Positions 20,091 to 28,714 of a stretch of 46,914 bases of DNA are shown here, one piece after another. Positions within the stretch are counted from its first letter, which is position 1; each line of letters starts with the position of its first letter. The notes below the pieces were generated by a model. That model was not told the origin of the DNA. It searched no databases and was given only the letters and a program-made list of their open reading frames with translations. The stretch is from Campylobacterota bacterium (GTDB lineage: Bacteria > Campylobacterota > Campylobacteria > Campylobacterales > Sulfurimonadaceae), in the NCBI GenBank assembly GCA_034661055.1, contig JAYEKO010000047.1, positions 1 to 46,914 of the forward strand, written 5' to 3'. A program made the position numbers and the translations under genes.

Positions 20091-21014
20091 ATGAATATTG
20101 CACAAGACATTACTCAACTTATTGGAAATACGCCCATAGTTAGACTTAATACTCCTTCTAGGAAATCTGGTGCCACTATACTTGGTAAATGTGAGTTTAT
20201 GAACCCCACTAGTTCTGTTAAAGACAGGATTGGCTTCAATATGATTAAGACTGCTCTTGAAGATGGTTCAATTAACAACAGTTCTACCATTATTGAACCC
20301 ACAAGCGGAAATACTGGAATTGCACTTGCATCAATCTGTGCTGCACTAAATTTAAAACTCATATTGACCATGCCTGAATCTATGAGCATTGAGCGTCGTA
20401 ACCTACTTACTGCCTTAGGCGCAGAGCTAGTGTTAACGCCTGCGGCCTTAGGCATGAATGGCGCTATTAATAAAGCCAATGAACTAAAAGACTTAATGCC
20501 TAACTCCTTTGTTTTACAGCAGTTTCAAAACCCTGCAAATCCTGAAGTTCACGAGAGAACAACAGCTCAAGAGATACTAAGAGATACTGATAAACAGATT
20601 GATATATTTGTGGCCGCCGTTGGAACTGGTGGAACACTCACTGGAAATGGTAGAGTTTTAAAACAGGAGGTTCCCAATATTGAAATATTTGCCGTAGAGC
20701 CAGAAGACTCTGCTGTTCTTTCTGGTGAGTCAGGTGGACCACATAAAATACAAGGTATTGGTGCCGGTTTTATTCCTGATATTTTAGAAACTACTATTTA
20801 CGGTGAAGTTATTAAAGTTAGCAATGATGATGCTATTAAGACTGCAAAAATGTTAGCCAAAGAGGAGGGTCTTCTTGTTGGAATATCTGCAGGAGCAAAT
20901 GTTTACGCAGCAATGCAAGTAGGATCACGAAAAGATAATCAAGGTAAAGTTATTGTGACCATACTCTGTGACACTGGCGAACGATACCTTTCAACGGCTC
21001 TATTTAGTGACTAA
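20091..21014 (+). CDS. cysK: Cysteine synthase A
   Basis: IGNTP, SVKDR (PLP lysine), EPTSGNTG, GTGGT, HKIQGIG, ERYLST. Confidence 0.96.
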   Translation: MNIAQDITQLIGNTPIVRLNTPSRKSGATILGKCEFMNPTSSVKDRIGFNMIKTALEDGSINNSSTIIEPTSGNTGIALASICAALNLKLILTMPESMSIERRNLLTALGAELVLTPAALGMNGAINKANELKDLMPNSFVLQQFQNPANPEVHERTTAQEILRDTDKQIDIFVAAVGTGGTLTGNGRVLKQEVPNIEIFAVEPEDSAVLSGESGGPHKIQGIGAGFIPDILETTIYGEVIKVSNDDAIKTAKMLAKEEGLLVGISAGANVYAAMQVGSRKDNQGKVIVTILCDTGERYLSTALFSD

Positions 21015-21585
21015 ACTTCTAGAGACTATTAAAGTAGTTGATGGTAATATTTTACATGTAAATTATCATCAAATACGCTTAGAACACTCCATGAAAGTGC
21101 TTAACTATAGTACTCATTATGATCTTAAATCTTTAATAGTACCACCTAAAAAGGGAACATTTCGCTGTCGTGTCCTCTACAGTAATAGCAGTATCAATAT
21201 TGAATACATCCCATATGAAACTAAAAAGATATCCTCTTTAAAAGTCGTTACAGACGACAATATTTTGTATGATTTAAAATATGAAAATCGAAATAGTTTA
21301 AATAAGCTATTTAACTTAAGAGGCAACTGTGACGATATTGCTATTATTAAAAATGGACACCTTACCGACAGCACCATTGCTAATATTGCACTCTTTGATG
21401 GAGAGCATTGGTACACACCAAACACACCCCTTTTGCATGGAACAACACGTCAAAGACTCTTAGATAATCAGACTATTTTTACAAAAGAGATTCCAGAATC
21501 AACAATTGCAACCTACAAAAAATCTGCTATTTTTAACGCTATGATAGGCTTTGTTGAACTTGAAGATGGTATAATATTTAAATAA
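21007..21585 (+). CDS. Aminotransferase class IV, aminodeoxychorismate lyase-like
   Basis: LLETIKV..G...HQIRL, LKYENR, TDSTIANI, LLHGTTRQRLL. Start GTG 21007 overlaps the cysK end. Confidence 0.8.
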   Translation: MTKLLETIKVVDGNILHVNYHQIRLEHSMKVLNYSTHYDLKSLIVPPKKGTFRCRVLYSNSSINIEYIPYETKKISSLKVVTDDNILYDLKYENRNSLNKLFNLRGNCDDIAIIKNGHLTDSTIANIALFDGEHWYTPNTPLLHGTTRQRLLDNQTIFTKEIPESTIATYKKSAIFNAMIGFVELEDGIIFK

Positions 21586-21595
21586 AAGGAGTGAG

Positions 21596-22051
21596 ATGCT
21601 AATTGATATTATTAAAGACGATGGCTTCACATCATTAATGGGCAGGCATATAGAAGAGTTATTAATTTATCTATTTGAACAGAATCAGAACTTTGGTGTT
21701 TTATGCAAAATAGAACATGTCACATTTGAACCAGAGCTTCCTAAAGACATCAGTGATGAATTTCGTCCTATGACACTCTTTTTTTTAGCAGGCTACACTT
21801 TTGAGAGTGCCCGCTTCGAAGATGGCTATCTATCATTTGAAGCTGGATTTGGAACAGAAAATATTGGTAGTATTGTTACACTTCCTATACTAAGTATTTT
21901 ACAAGTGATAATCGACGAGACACCAATCTTTGTAAATCTAGCATCTGTAAAAGAGTCTAAACAGACAAATCAAACCGCTAAAAAAGGTGTCAATGACTCT
22001 ATGGCCTCTTTTTTAGCTAATCCTGAAAATAAAAAATTTTTAAAAAAGTAG
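21596..22051 (+). CDS. Conserved hypothetical protein, possibly SspB-like fold
   Basis: AAGGAG SD; SFEAGFG...IVTLPILSILQV recalls the SspB core. Confidence 0.6.
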   Translation: MLIDIIKDDGFTSLMGRHIEELLIYLFEQNQNFGVLCKIEHVTFEPELPKDISDEFRPMTLFFLAGYTFESARFEDGYLSFEAGFGTENIGSIVTLPILSILQVIIDETPIFVNLASVKESKQTNQTAKKGVNDSMASFLANPENKKFLKK

Positions 22052-22056
22052 GACTT

Positions 22057-23280
22057 TTAATAGAAGTAAACAAGACCGTCTCGCAGCTGGTACTCAACAT
22101 TTAATTTCAAATATTTAAATGTCCCGTCTGCATTAACTCCTGCAAGTTTATACACACTTCTACTGCCAACTCCTAACAATACCCAATCAAATTTTGTACT
22201 TCCATCACCATCTAAATCACTACCTAGCGATATCATATACCAACTTGGATTTATATAGAGTGGCTCTATTGCTCTCCAGCCAAAAACATTGTCATTTGTT
22301 GATGCGGCACCACGAAATTGATAAAAACTTCCATTAGAACTCTCATATACCCAGTCAAATGCTTGCTCTACTTCGCTAAAGTCATAAGAGCCAAACTTAC
22401 CATCAATACTATAACCATTACTTTCAAGCAACACTGAATAAAGGTCTGTAACCACAATAGATTCAGCTTTAACTCCATCAAATTCTCCTGTGTATCCTTG
22501 CACCCAATCAACATAGTTCTGAACCTTGGTGTAAACACCAGGATAATTTTTGGCACCACATGCCTGTTCAAGACTACCTCCAAAACTGACGACTCCAGTA
22601 AGAGCATAACCATTGTTACCTGCAGTAATCAATGGCCCGCCACTGTCTCCTTGACAGCTGTCTTGGGAACCATTCATGTACCCTGAACAAAACATATTTG
22701 AAGTCAACTGTGTACCATCTAACTCATAATAATAATTACATGTATTAAAGTCAATAATTTTTAGATTTACTTCCATAAGATTGTCAGGATAGTCAGATCC
22801 ACTTGTAGACATGTTTCCCCAACCTGCCACCCAAGACTGTGTATCTTTTAATAACGGTGAGGCTCTATCTAAAGCAATAGGAGTAATATTCGTAATAGGT
22901 TGAGCTAACTCAATTAGAGCAATATCATTATCAACGGTAGTCTCATTATAAGAGGGATGTTTAATAATTCGTTTAACACTAACTATATTCTCATTACTGT
23001 TTACATTATAGCTACCACTCATTACTGAGATACTGTTTGCCTGCGCTAATTCGCCATAAGAGTAGATACAGTGCGATGCGGTAACAACCCAAGTAGGAGC
23101 AATTAAAGATGCCCCGCATATATGGCTGCCATCTTGACGAAGAGACAGAATCCACTCCCATTTATCACTCTGAGTTGGAACTGTAACTCCATTAACAACT
23201 CGAAGATTAACTGCTTGTGCAGCGCTAAGAATATTTACATGTAAAAAAAGAGATATCAAGAAGAAGCTAAGTAATTTCAT
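22057..23280 (-). CDS. Secreted trypsin-like (S1A) serine protease with shared C-terminal domain
   Basis: Signal peptide from MKLLSFF; R-VVNG activation site; CGASLI, TASHC, DNDIAL, DSCQGDSGGPL. Confidence 0.93.
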   Translation of the reverse strand: MKLLSFFLISLFLHVNILSAAQAVNLRVVNGVTVPTQSDKWEWILSLRQDGSHICGASLIAPTWVVTASHCIYSYGELAQANSISVMSGSYNVNSNENIVSVKRIIKHPSYNETTVDNDIALIELAQPITNITPIALDRASPLLKDTQSWVAGWGNMSTSGSDYPDNLMEVNLKIIDFNTCNYYYELDGTQLTSNMFCSGYMNGSQDSCQGDSGGPLITAGNNGYALTGVVSFGGSLEQACGAKNYPGVYTKVQNYVDWVQGYTGEFDGVKAESIVVTDLYSVLLESNGYSIDGKFGSYDFSEVEQAFDWVYESSNGSFYQFRGAASTNDNVFGWRAIEPLYINPSWYMISLGSDLDGDGSTKFDWVLLGVGSRSVYKLAGVNADGTFKYLKLNVEYQLRDGLVYFY

Positions 23281-23345
23281 TTCTACCCTATTTACAACAG
23301 CACGCAAAAGAGTTGCTGTTTAGCTGTTGAGTTTATAGGTACATT

Positions 23346-24245
23346 TTAGACTTTTATGGTTAACAAATAATTAACAACATTGTCAACAAATGCATCATGT
23401 TTTCTATCTTTTAGGTAAGCGATATAGAGTTTTCTAACAATTTTGTAGTTTTTAATACGAGCCTCATACAGTCTTCCACTCATCACCTCATCAGAGATAA
23501 CATGACGAGACATAATTGAGACTACAGGACGTTGTGCATCTGATGGAGCACGCATCACCGTCTCTTTAATTGATGTTGGACTTGAAAGAACTCCAATAAC
23601 ATTAAACTCTGTACAGGCAACACCAATCTCCTCAAAAACTTCAGCTGCTAGTTTACGAGTGTGAGACTCTTCATCCCTACAGATCCAGTCAAATTTAAAA
23701 AAATCTTCTTCCTTTAGCTGTCTTGGTATCGGTTGATTTGAAAAAATAACCATCTCATCTTCTACCCACTCTCTATAGACAATACCATCATGCATTATCG
23801 GCGATTCAATTAATGCAATATCAATCTTTTTATCTTCTAGTTCATTAATAATATCTTCTGAAAGGGCAATATGCATATGGACTTCATTATCAATTTTTTC
23901 TTTAATACCACCAAGATATGTTGGTAGCAAATAGTTTCCAATTGCATATGAAGCACCCATTACAAAAGTAAACTCTTTATTCATAATTTTTAGAAGCTCT
24001 TTTTCACTTGAATTAATAGCTTTTTCAAGTTTTTGTGCAACTCTATGCAAATCTTCACCCTCTTTAGTGAGGCGAATACCATTTTTCTTTCTATCGACGA
24101 TTTTAGTGTCTAAATAGTCTTCAATAAATTTAATCTGCTGAGTTACTGCAGGCTGTGAAATCCCAAGCTTTGCCGATGCCTTAGAAAAACTTTTCTCTTT
24201 AATAACTGTTAAAAATGTATTTAATTTTGCAAAATCTTTTAACAT
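23346..24245 (-). CDS. LysR-family transcriptional regulator
   Basis: SFSKASAKLGISQPAVTQQIK HTH, LTKEG linker, substrate-binding domain. Confidence 0.95.
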   Translation of the reverse strand: MLKDFAKLNTFLTVIKEKSFSKASAKLGISQPAVTQQIKFIEDYLDTKIVDRKKNGIRLTKEGEDLHRVAQKLEKAINSSEKELLKIMNKEFTFVMGASYAIGNYLLPTYLGGIKEKIDNEVHMHIALSEDIINELEDKKIDIALIESPIMHDGIVYREWVEDEMVIFSNQPIPRQLKEEDFFKFDWICRDEESHTRKLAAEVFEEIGVACTEFNVIGVLSSPTSIKETVMRAPSDAQRPVVSIMSRHVISDEVMSGRLYEARIKNYKIVRKLYIAYLKDRKHDAFVDNVVNYLLTIKV

Positions 24246-24254
24246 TATAATTCC

Positions 24255-24295
24255 TATAAGTTAGTTTTATACTATGATTATAACCCAAAATTATA
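24255..24295. promoter_or_regulatory. Two tandem LysR-type boxes TATAA-N7-TTATA
   Basis: TATAA-GTTAGTT-TTATA at 24255-24271 and TATAA-CCCAAAA-TTATA at 24279-24295, directly upstream of the LysR gene. Confidence 0.6.
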
Positions 24296-24371
24296 GTTAA
24301 TGCAATAGATTTATTATAATTTTGAGTTTTTAGCTATAATATCTTTAATATATAACAAGCGAGTAGTTAAA

Positions 24372-26423
24372 ATGGAAAATGAGATTTTTGAAAATCTAAA
24401 CGAAGCGCAGTCTGATGCAGTTCGTCAAATAGATGGGCCTTTACTTATTCTTGCCGGTGCGGGTAGTGGCAAGACAAAAACTATCACTTCTCGTCTAGCC
24501 TATCTTCTTAAAGAGGTGGGCGTACCTGCTTCACAGACATTGACACTCACCTTTACCAATAAAGCAGCCAAAGAGATGCGTGAACGTGCATTAAAAATGA
24601 TTGGAACAAAATCCTACCCTCCTCTATTATGTACCTTTCATAAGTTTGGGCTACTATTTTTAAAATTTCATATTCATCTTTTGGGACGAGAAAATAACTT
24701 TGTTGTTATTGACAATGATGACAAAAAACGTATTATCAAAAAAATAAATTCTGAAATTCCTACCGCACTTATTAACAGCGAAATTTCGCGATACAAAAAC
24801 TCCTTAATCACTCCGCACGAGGCCTATCTTCAGGCTGAGCTTCAAAACTACAAACAGATTGCAAAGGTTTATGAAGAGTATGAAGCCTATCTACTTGAAA
24901 ACAATTTAGTTGATTTTGATGACCTTTTAGCGCTAGCCTATAAAATTTTAGATGAGAATGATGAACTTGCCAAAACAACAAGTGAAAAATACCGCTACAT
25001 TATGATTGATGAGTACCAAGACACCAATGAACTTCAACTCAAACTTGTTCAAAAACTCTGTTGTAACCATAACAATATCTGTGTAGTAGGAGATGACGAT
25101 CAGAGTATTTACGGTTGGCGTGGTGCGCATATACGAAATATTTTGGAGTTTGATCAAGACTTTCGTGATGTTAACGTTGTTAAACTAGAGAAGAACTACC
25201 GTTCAACTCAAAAGATTCTTACCGTTTCAAATGCTCTCATCGAACACAATCGTGGTCGTTTAGGTAAAAAGCTACACTCCACACGGCATGAAGGTAAAGA
25301 TATTGTAACTATTAAATCAGATCATGAGAGTGAAGAGTCTAAAAAGATTGCAACACTAATTAATGGGCTTATTGCTTCAGGTGAAAATGCCAGTGAAATT
25401 GCAGTGCTCTACCGTGTCAATGCTTTGAGTCGCTCTTTAGAAGAGGGGCTCAACCGTTCTGGAATTACTTACAAACTTGTTGGAGGATTACGTTTTTATG
25501 ACCGTGCTGAGATTAAAGATATGATTAGTTATCTTAGAGTCATTACCAACCATCACGACAACTTCTCTATTAAACGTGTAGTCAATAAACCAAAACGCGG
25601 CATCGGAAAAGCGACGATCGATAAACTTGAGCTTGAGTCTATTGCCACAGAGAGATCAATTTTTGATTTAATTGACAAACTCTCATTAAGCGATTTAGAA
25701 GCCATTGTCAGAAAGAAAAATGCAAAAACCTTAAAAGCCTTTGCAGAAAATATTAAATCAGTCAAAAAAATTGCTGAAGCTTCTACCTATGACTTTATTG
25801 ATGCCTTAGAAGAGAACTTTAAAATAAAAGAGATCTACGCCAATACGCAAGACAGCAGAGAACGTATTGCCAATATTGATGAGTTTTATGGAATGTTTAG
25901 AGACTATGTTATTGCCAACCCAGAAGCATCGCTTGATGAGTTTTTAAATGAGACTACACTACAGAGCGAACAAGATGAGGTAGAAGGTGAGAGTATCTAC
26001 ATTATGAGCATTCACGCTTCAAAGGGATTGGAGTTCAAACATATCTTTATTATTGGTCTTGAAGAGGGATTTTTACCTCTTTTAGGTGATGGGAGTGACA
26101 TTGAAGAGGAGCGTCGCTTAGGTTATGTATCTTTTACTCGTGCCAAAGATACCTTAACACTCTCTCACACCAACAGCAGATTTTACAAAGGTCGTAGAAC
26201 TGACTTGATGAAAAGTCGATTTTTTAATGAGGCAGGCCTGTGTGAAGGTTCACTAAAATTAGAAAAAAATACCGCCTTTAAAAAAGGGGATCTGGTACGA
26301 CACAAAATATTTGGTGCAGGACGTGTTGCAGGAGTTAGTAAATCTGGACGTGAATTTAAACTCTCCATCAATTTTAGCGGAAACAGACGCGAAATACTTG
26401 CCTCTTTTGTTGAAAAACTTTAA
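24372..26423 (+). CDS. uvrD: UvrD/PcrA/Rep superfamily 1A DNA helicase
   Basis: AGAGSGKT, TFTNKAA, DEYQD, GDDDQSIYGWRGA, HASKGLE, EERRLGYV, C-terminal Tudor-like domain. Confidence 0.93.
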   Translation: MENEIFENLNEAQSDAVRQIDGPLLILAGAGSGKTKTITSRLAYLLKEVGVPASQTLTLTFTNKAAKEMRERALKMIGTKSYPPLLCTFHKFGLLFLKFHIHLLGRENNFVVIDNDDKKRIIKKINSEIPTALINSEISRYKNSLITPHEAYLQAELQNYKQIAKVYEEYEAYLLENNLVDFDDLLALAYKILDENDELAKTTSEKYRYIMIDEYQDTNELQLKLVQKLCCNHNNICVVGDDDQSIYGWRGAHIRNILEFDQDFRDVNVVKLEKNYRSTQKILTVSNALIEHNRGRLGKKLHSTRHEGKDIVTIKSDHESEESKKIATLINGLIASGENASEIAVLYRVNALSRSLEEGLNRSGITYKLVGGLRFYDRAEIKDMISYLRVITNHHDNFSIKRVVNKPKRGIGKATIDKLELESIATERSIFDLIDKLSLSDLEAIVRKKNAKTLKAFAENIKSVKKIAEASTYDFIDALEENFKIKEIYANTQDSRERIANIDEFYGMFRDYVIANPEASLDEFLNETTLQSEQDEVEGESIYIMSIHASKGLEFKHIFIIGLEEGFLPLLGDGSDIEEERRLGYVSFTRAKDTLTLSHTNSRFYKGRRTDLMKSRFFNEAGLCEGSLKLEKNTAFKKGDLVRHKIFGAGRVAGVSKSGREFKLSINFSGNRREILASFVEKL

Positions 26424-26432
26424 AGTACTTTA

Positions 26433-27257
26433 ATGAATGCACTTTTTGTTGGCTACAAGCCTACTGGGCTGAGCTCAAATCAATTTTTAGGTCGCACTAA
26501 ACGTAAATATGGACTCAAAAAAGCTGGCTATTCAGGAACTTTGGATCCTTTTGCTAAAGGAGTTCTTATTATCGCCTTAGGCAATGCTACACGGCTTTTT
26601 AGATTCCTAAAAAAGACGCCAAAAACCTACCGTGCAACACTCTGGCTTGGAGCCCACTCTGAGACTTTGGATATTGAAAAAGTGGAGCAGATAGACACTC
26701 TCAATGAGTTTAAAATAGATACAGTAAAAGAGGCACTTCATACACTTCAAGGAAGAGTAACTTACGCACCTCCAAAATATTCGGCAAAAAAAGTAGATGG
26801 AAAACGTGCTTACTCCTTAGCCCGTGATGGTGAAGAGGTTATTTTAGAACCAATTACGTCAGAGATTTACAACATAAAATTCATCAGTTATATGCACCCC
26901 TTTGTCACCTTTGAAGCAACCGTCTCAGAAGGAACCTACATTCGTTCATTGGGTCAACTTCTTTGTCAAAAGCTTGGAGTCAAAGGTGGATGTTTGAGTG
27001 CATTAGAGCGTTTAAGTGAGGGTAAATTTCGTTATAATAACGAAGAATTTCTAAATATTAAAGAGTATCTTGATATGCCAAAAAACATTTTTTTAGGCGA
27101 ACGTGACAATATGCTACTTGGCAAAAAATTACATGTAGATCAGTTTGCTAAAAAAGAGGACTCCTATTACTGGATAGATAATGACGATACAGTAACCATC
27201 ATTGAGATTAAAGATGGTGAGATGAAATATATATTAAATAAGGTACAGACATGCTAG
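26433..27257 (+). CDS. truB: tRNA pseudouridine(55) synthase
   Basis: GYSGTLDPFAKG, PPKYSAKKVDGKRAY, GTYIRSL. Confidence 0.96.
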   Translation: MNALFVGYKPTGLSSNQFLGRTKRKYGLKKAGYSGTLDPFAKGVLIIALGNATRLFRFLKKTPKTYRATLWLGAHSETLDIEKVEQIDTLNEFKIDTVKEALHTLQGRVTYAPPKYSAKKVDGKRAYSLARDGEEVILEPITSEIYNIKFISYMHPFVTFEATVSEGTYIRSLGQLLCQKLGVKGGCLSALERLSEGKFRYNNEEFLNIKEYLDMPKNIFLGERDNMLLGKKLHVDQFAKKEDSYYWIDNDDTVTIIEIKDGEMKYILNKVQTC

Positions 27258-27481
27258 TTTTAACACGTAAAACAGATGATTCTATTGTCATTGGAGATAA
27301 CATTACCATAAAAGTTGTCTCTATTGAAGGTGGCGTCGTTAAACTTGGAATTGATGCTCCAAACGATATCTCCATTATGCGTTCAGAACTACTTCAAGAG
27401 GTAGAGAACTCTAATATTGCTGCATCACATCAAATTGATGAATCATTTTTACAAGAGTTTTATAGCAAGTTTAAGAAATGA
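27251..27481 (+). CDS. csrA: Carbon storage regulator CsrA
   Basis: MLVLTRK..SIVIGD..VKLGIDAP..I.R.EL. Confidence 0.96.
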   Translation: MLVLTRKTDDSIVIGDNITIKVVSIEGGVVKLGIDAPNDISIMRSELLQEVENSNIAASHQIDESFLQEFYSKFKK

Positions 27482-28263
27482 TATCTTCGTCCTATAGAGC
27501 TGTTGCAAAAGTCAACATCTTCTTAAAAATAACTGGAATGCGTGATGATTACCATGAGATACTTTCACGTTTTATGCGTGTAGAGTCACTCTATGACACA
27601 CTCTATTTTCAAGAAAAAAACTCCAATGAACCCTTTGAAATTCAAGGTGAATTTACATGTAAATTAGAGCAAAATACTATATTTAAAGCTTATGTTGCAC
27701 TACAAGAGATATGTAACTCCAAAAAGCTTGAAGAGTTTTTTCTTAAACACACTGTGGTTGTAGAGAAACATATTCCCGCATTTGCAGGCCTTGGTGGAGG
27801 GAGCTCTGATGCAGCGACATTTTTACTGATGTGCAATGAGATACTTAACTTAAATCTGAGCAATAAGCAACTTACAGACGTGGGTCTAAAAGTTGGTGCT
27901 GATCTACCTTTTTTTATCTCAGGGTACTCTAGTGCTAATGTAAGTGGTGTTGGTGAAATTGTAGAGGAGTTTAAAGAGGAGCCTCTAAAACTTACTATTT
28001 TCACTCCCTCCATTGAGATTAGTACCCCCACAGTTTACAAGAGTTACCGTAAAAAGTTTTTTGATCCAATTACACAAAATGAAGCAAAAAAGTTCTCTAT
28101 TATGAGCTCTAAAGAGATTTTAAATAACCTTAGCACAGACGAGGCTAATGATCTATATAAACCCGCACTAAAAGAGTATCCAGAACTTAATTTACATGTA
28201 AAAGAGGGATATTTTTTTAGTGGTAGCGGAAGCAGTTTTTTTAAGGAAATAGCGCATGGGTGA
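27478..28263 (+). CDS. ispE: 4-(cytidine 5'-diphospho)-2-C-methyl-D-erythritol kinase
   Basis: [36 protein letters not shown]. Confidence 0.95.
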   Translation: MISSSYRAVAKVNIFLKITGMRDDYHEILSRFMRVESLYDTLYFQEKNSNEPFEIQGEFTCKLEQNTIFKAYVALQEICNSKKLEEFFLKHTVVVEKHIPAFAGLGGGSSDAATFLLMCNEILNLNLSNKQLTDVGLKVGADLPFFISGYSSANVSGVGEIVEEFKEEPLKLTIFTPSIEISTPTVYKSYRKKFFDPITQNEAKKFSIMSSKEILNNLSTDEANDLYKPALKEYPELNLHVKEGYFFSGSGSSFFKEIAHG

Positions 28264-28708
28264 AACAATTGCAAAAAATAAAAAAGCTTGGTTTGATTAT
28301 GAGATAATAGAAAAATTCGAAGCAGGTATGGTACTTCAAGGTAGTGAGGTTAAAGGAATTCGTGCTAATCGTGTCAACTTAAAAGACAGCTTTATTCGAT
28401 TTGTCAACAGTGAAGCATTCCTGTTTAATGCTCACATTGGACGACTTGAAACTACGCATCACTACTATGGACACGAAGAGCGTGGAAGTCGTAAACTTTT
28501 ACTGCATCGTAAAGAGTTAAATAAGATGATTAAAGCGGTTGAAAAAGATGGTCACACCATTGTCCCTCTTCAGATGTTTTTTAACCATAAAAATATTATA
28601 AAAATTCAGATAGCCATTGCCCGCGGTAAAAAACAACATGACAAGCGACACGATTTAAAAGAAAAAAGCATGAAGCGCGATATTGCTCGCGCTATGAAGG
28701 AGTACTAA
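28256..28708 (+). CDS. smpB: SsrA-binding protein
   Basis: [34 protein letters not shown]. Confidence 0.97.
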   Translation: MGETIAKNKKAWFDYEIIEKFEAGMVLQGSEVKGIRANRVNLKDSFIRFVNSEAFLFNAHIGRLETTHHYYGHEERGSRKLLLHRKELNKMIKAVEKDGHTIVPLQMFFNHKNIIKIQIAIARGKKQHDKRHDLKEKSMKRDIARAMKEY

Positions 28709-28714
28709 AAGGGA

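Noticed and set aside
26433..28708. csrA inside the truB-ispE-smpB operon
   Set aside because: Ordinary conserved gene order in Campylobacterota.
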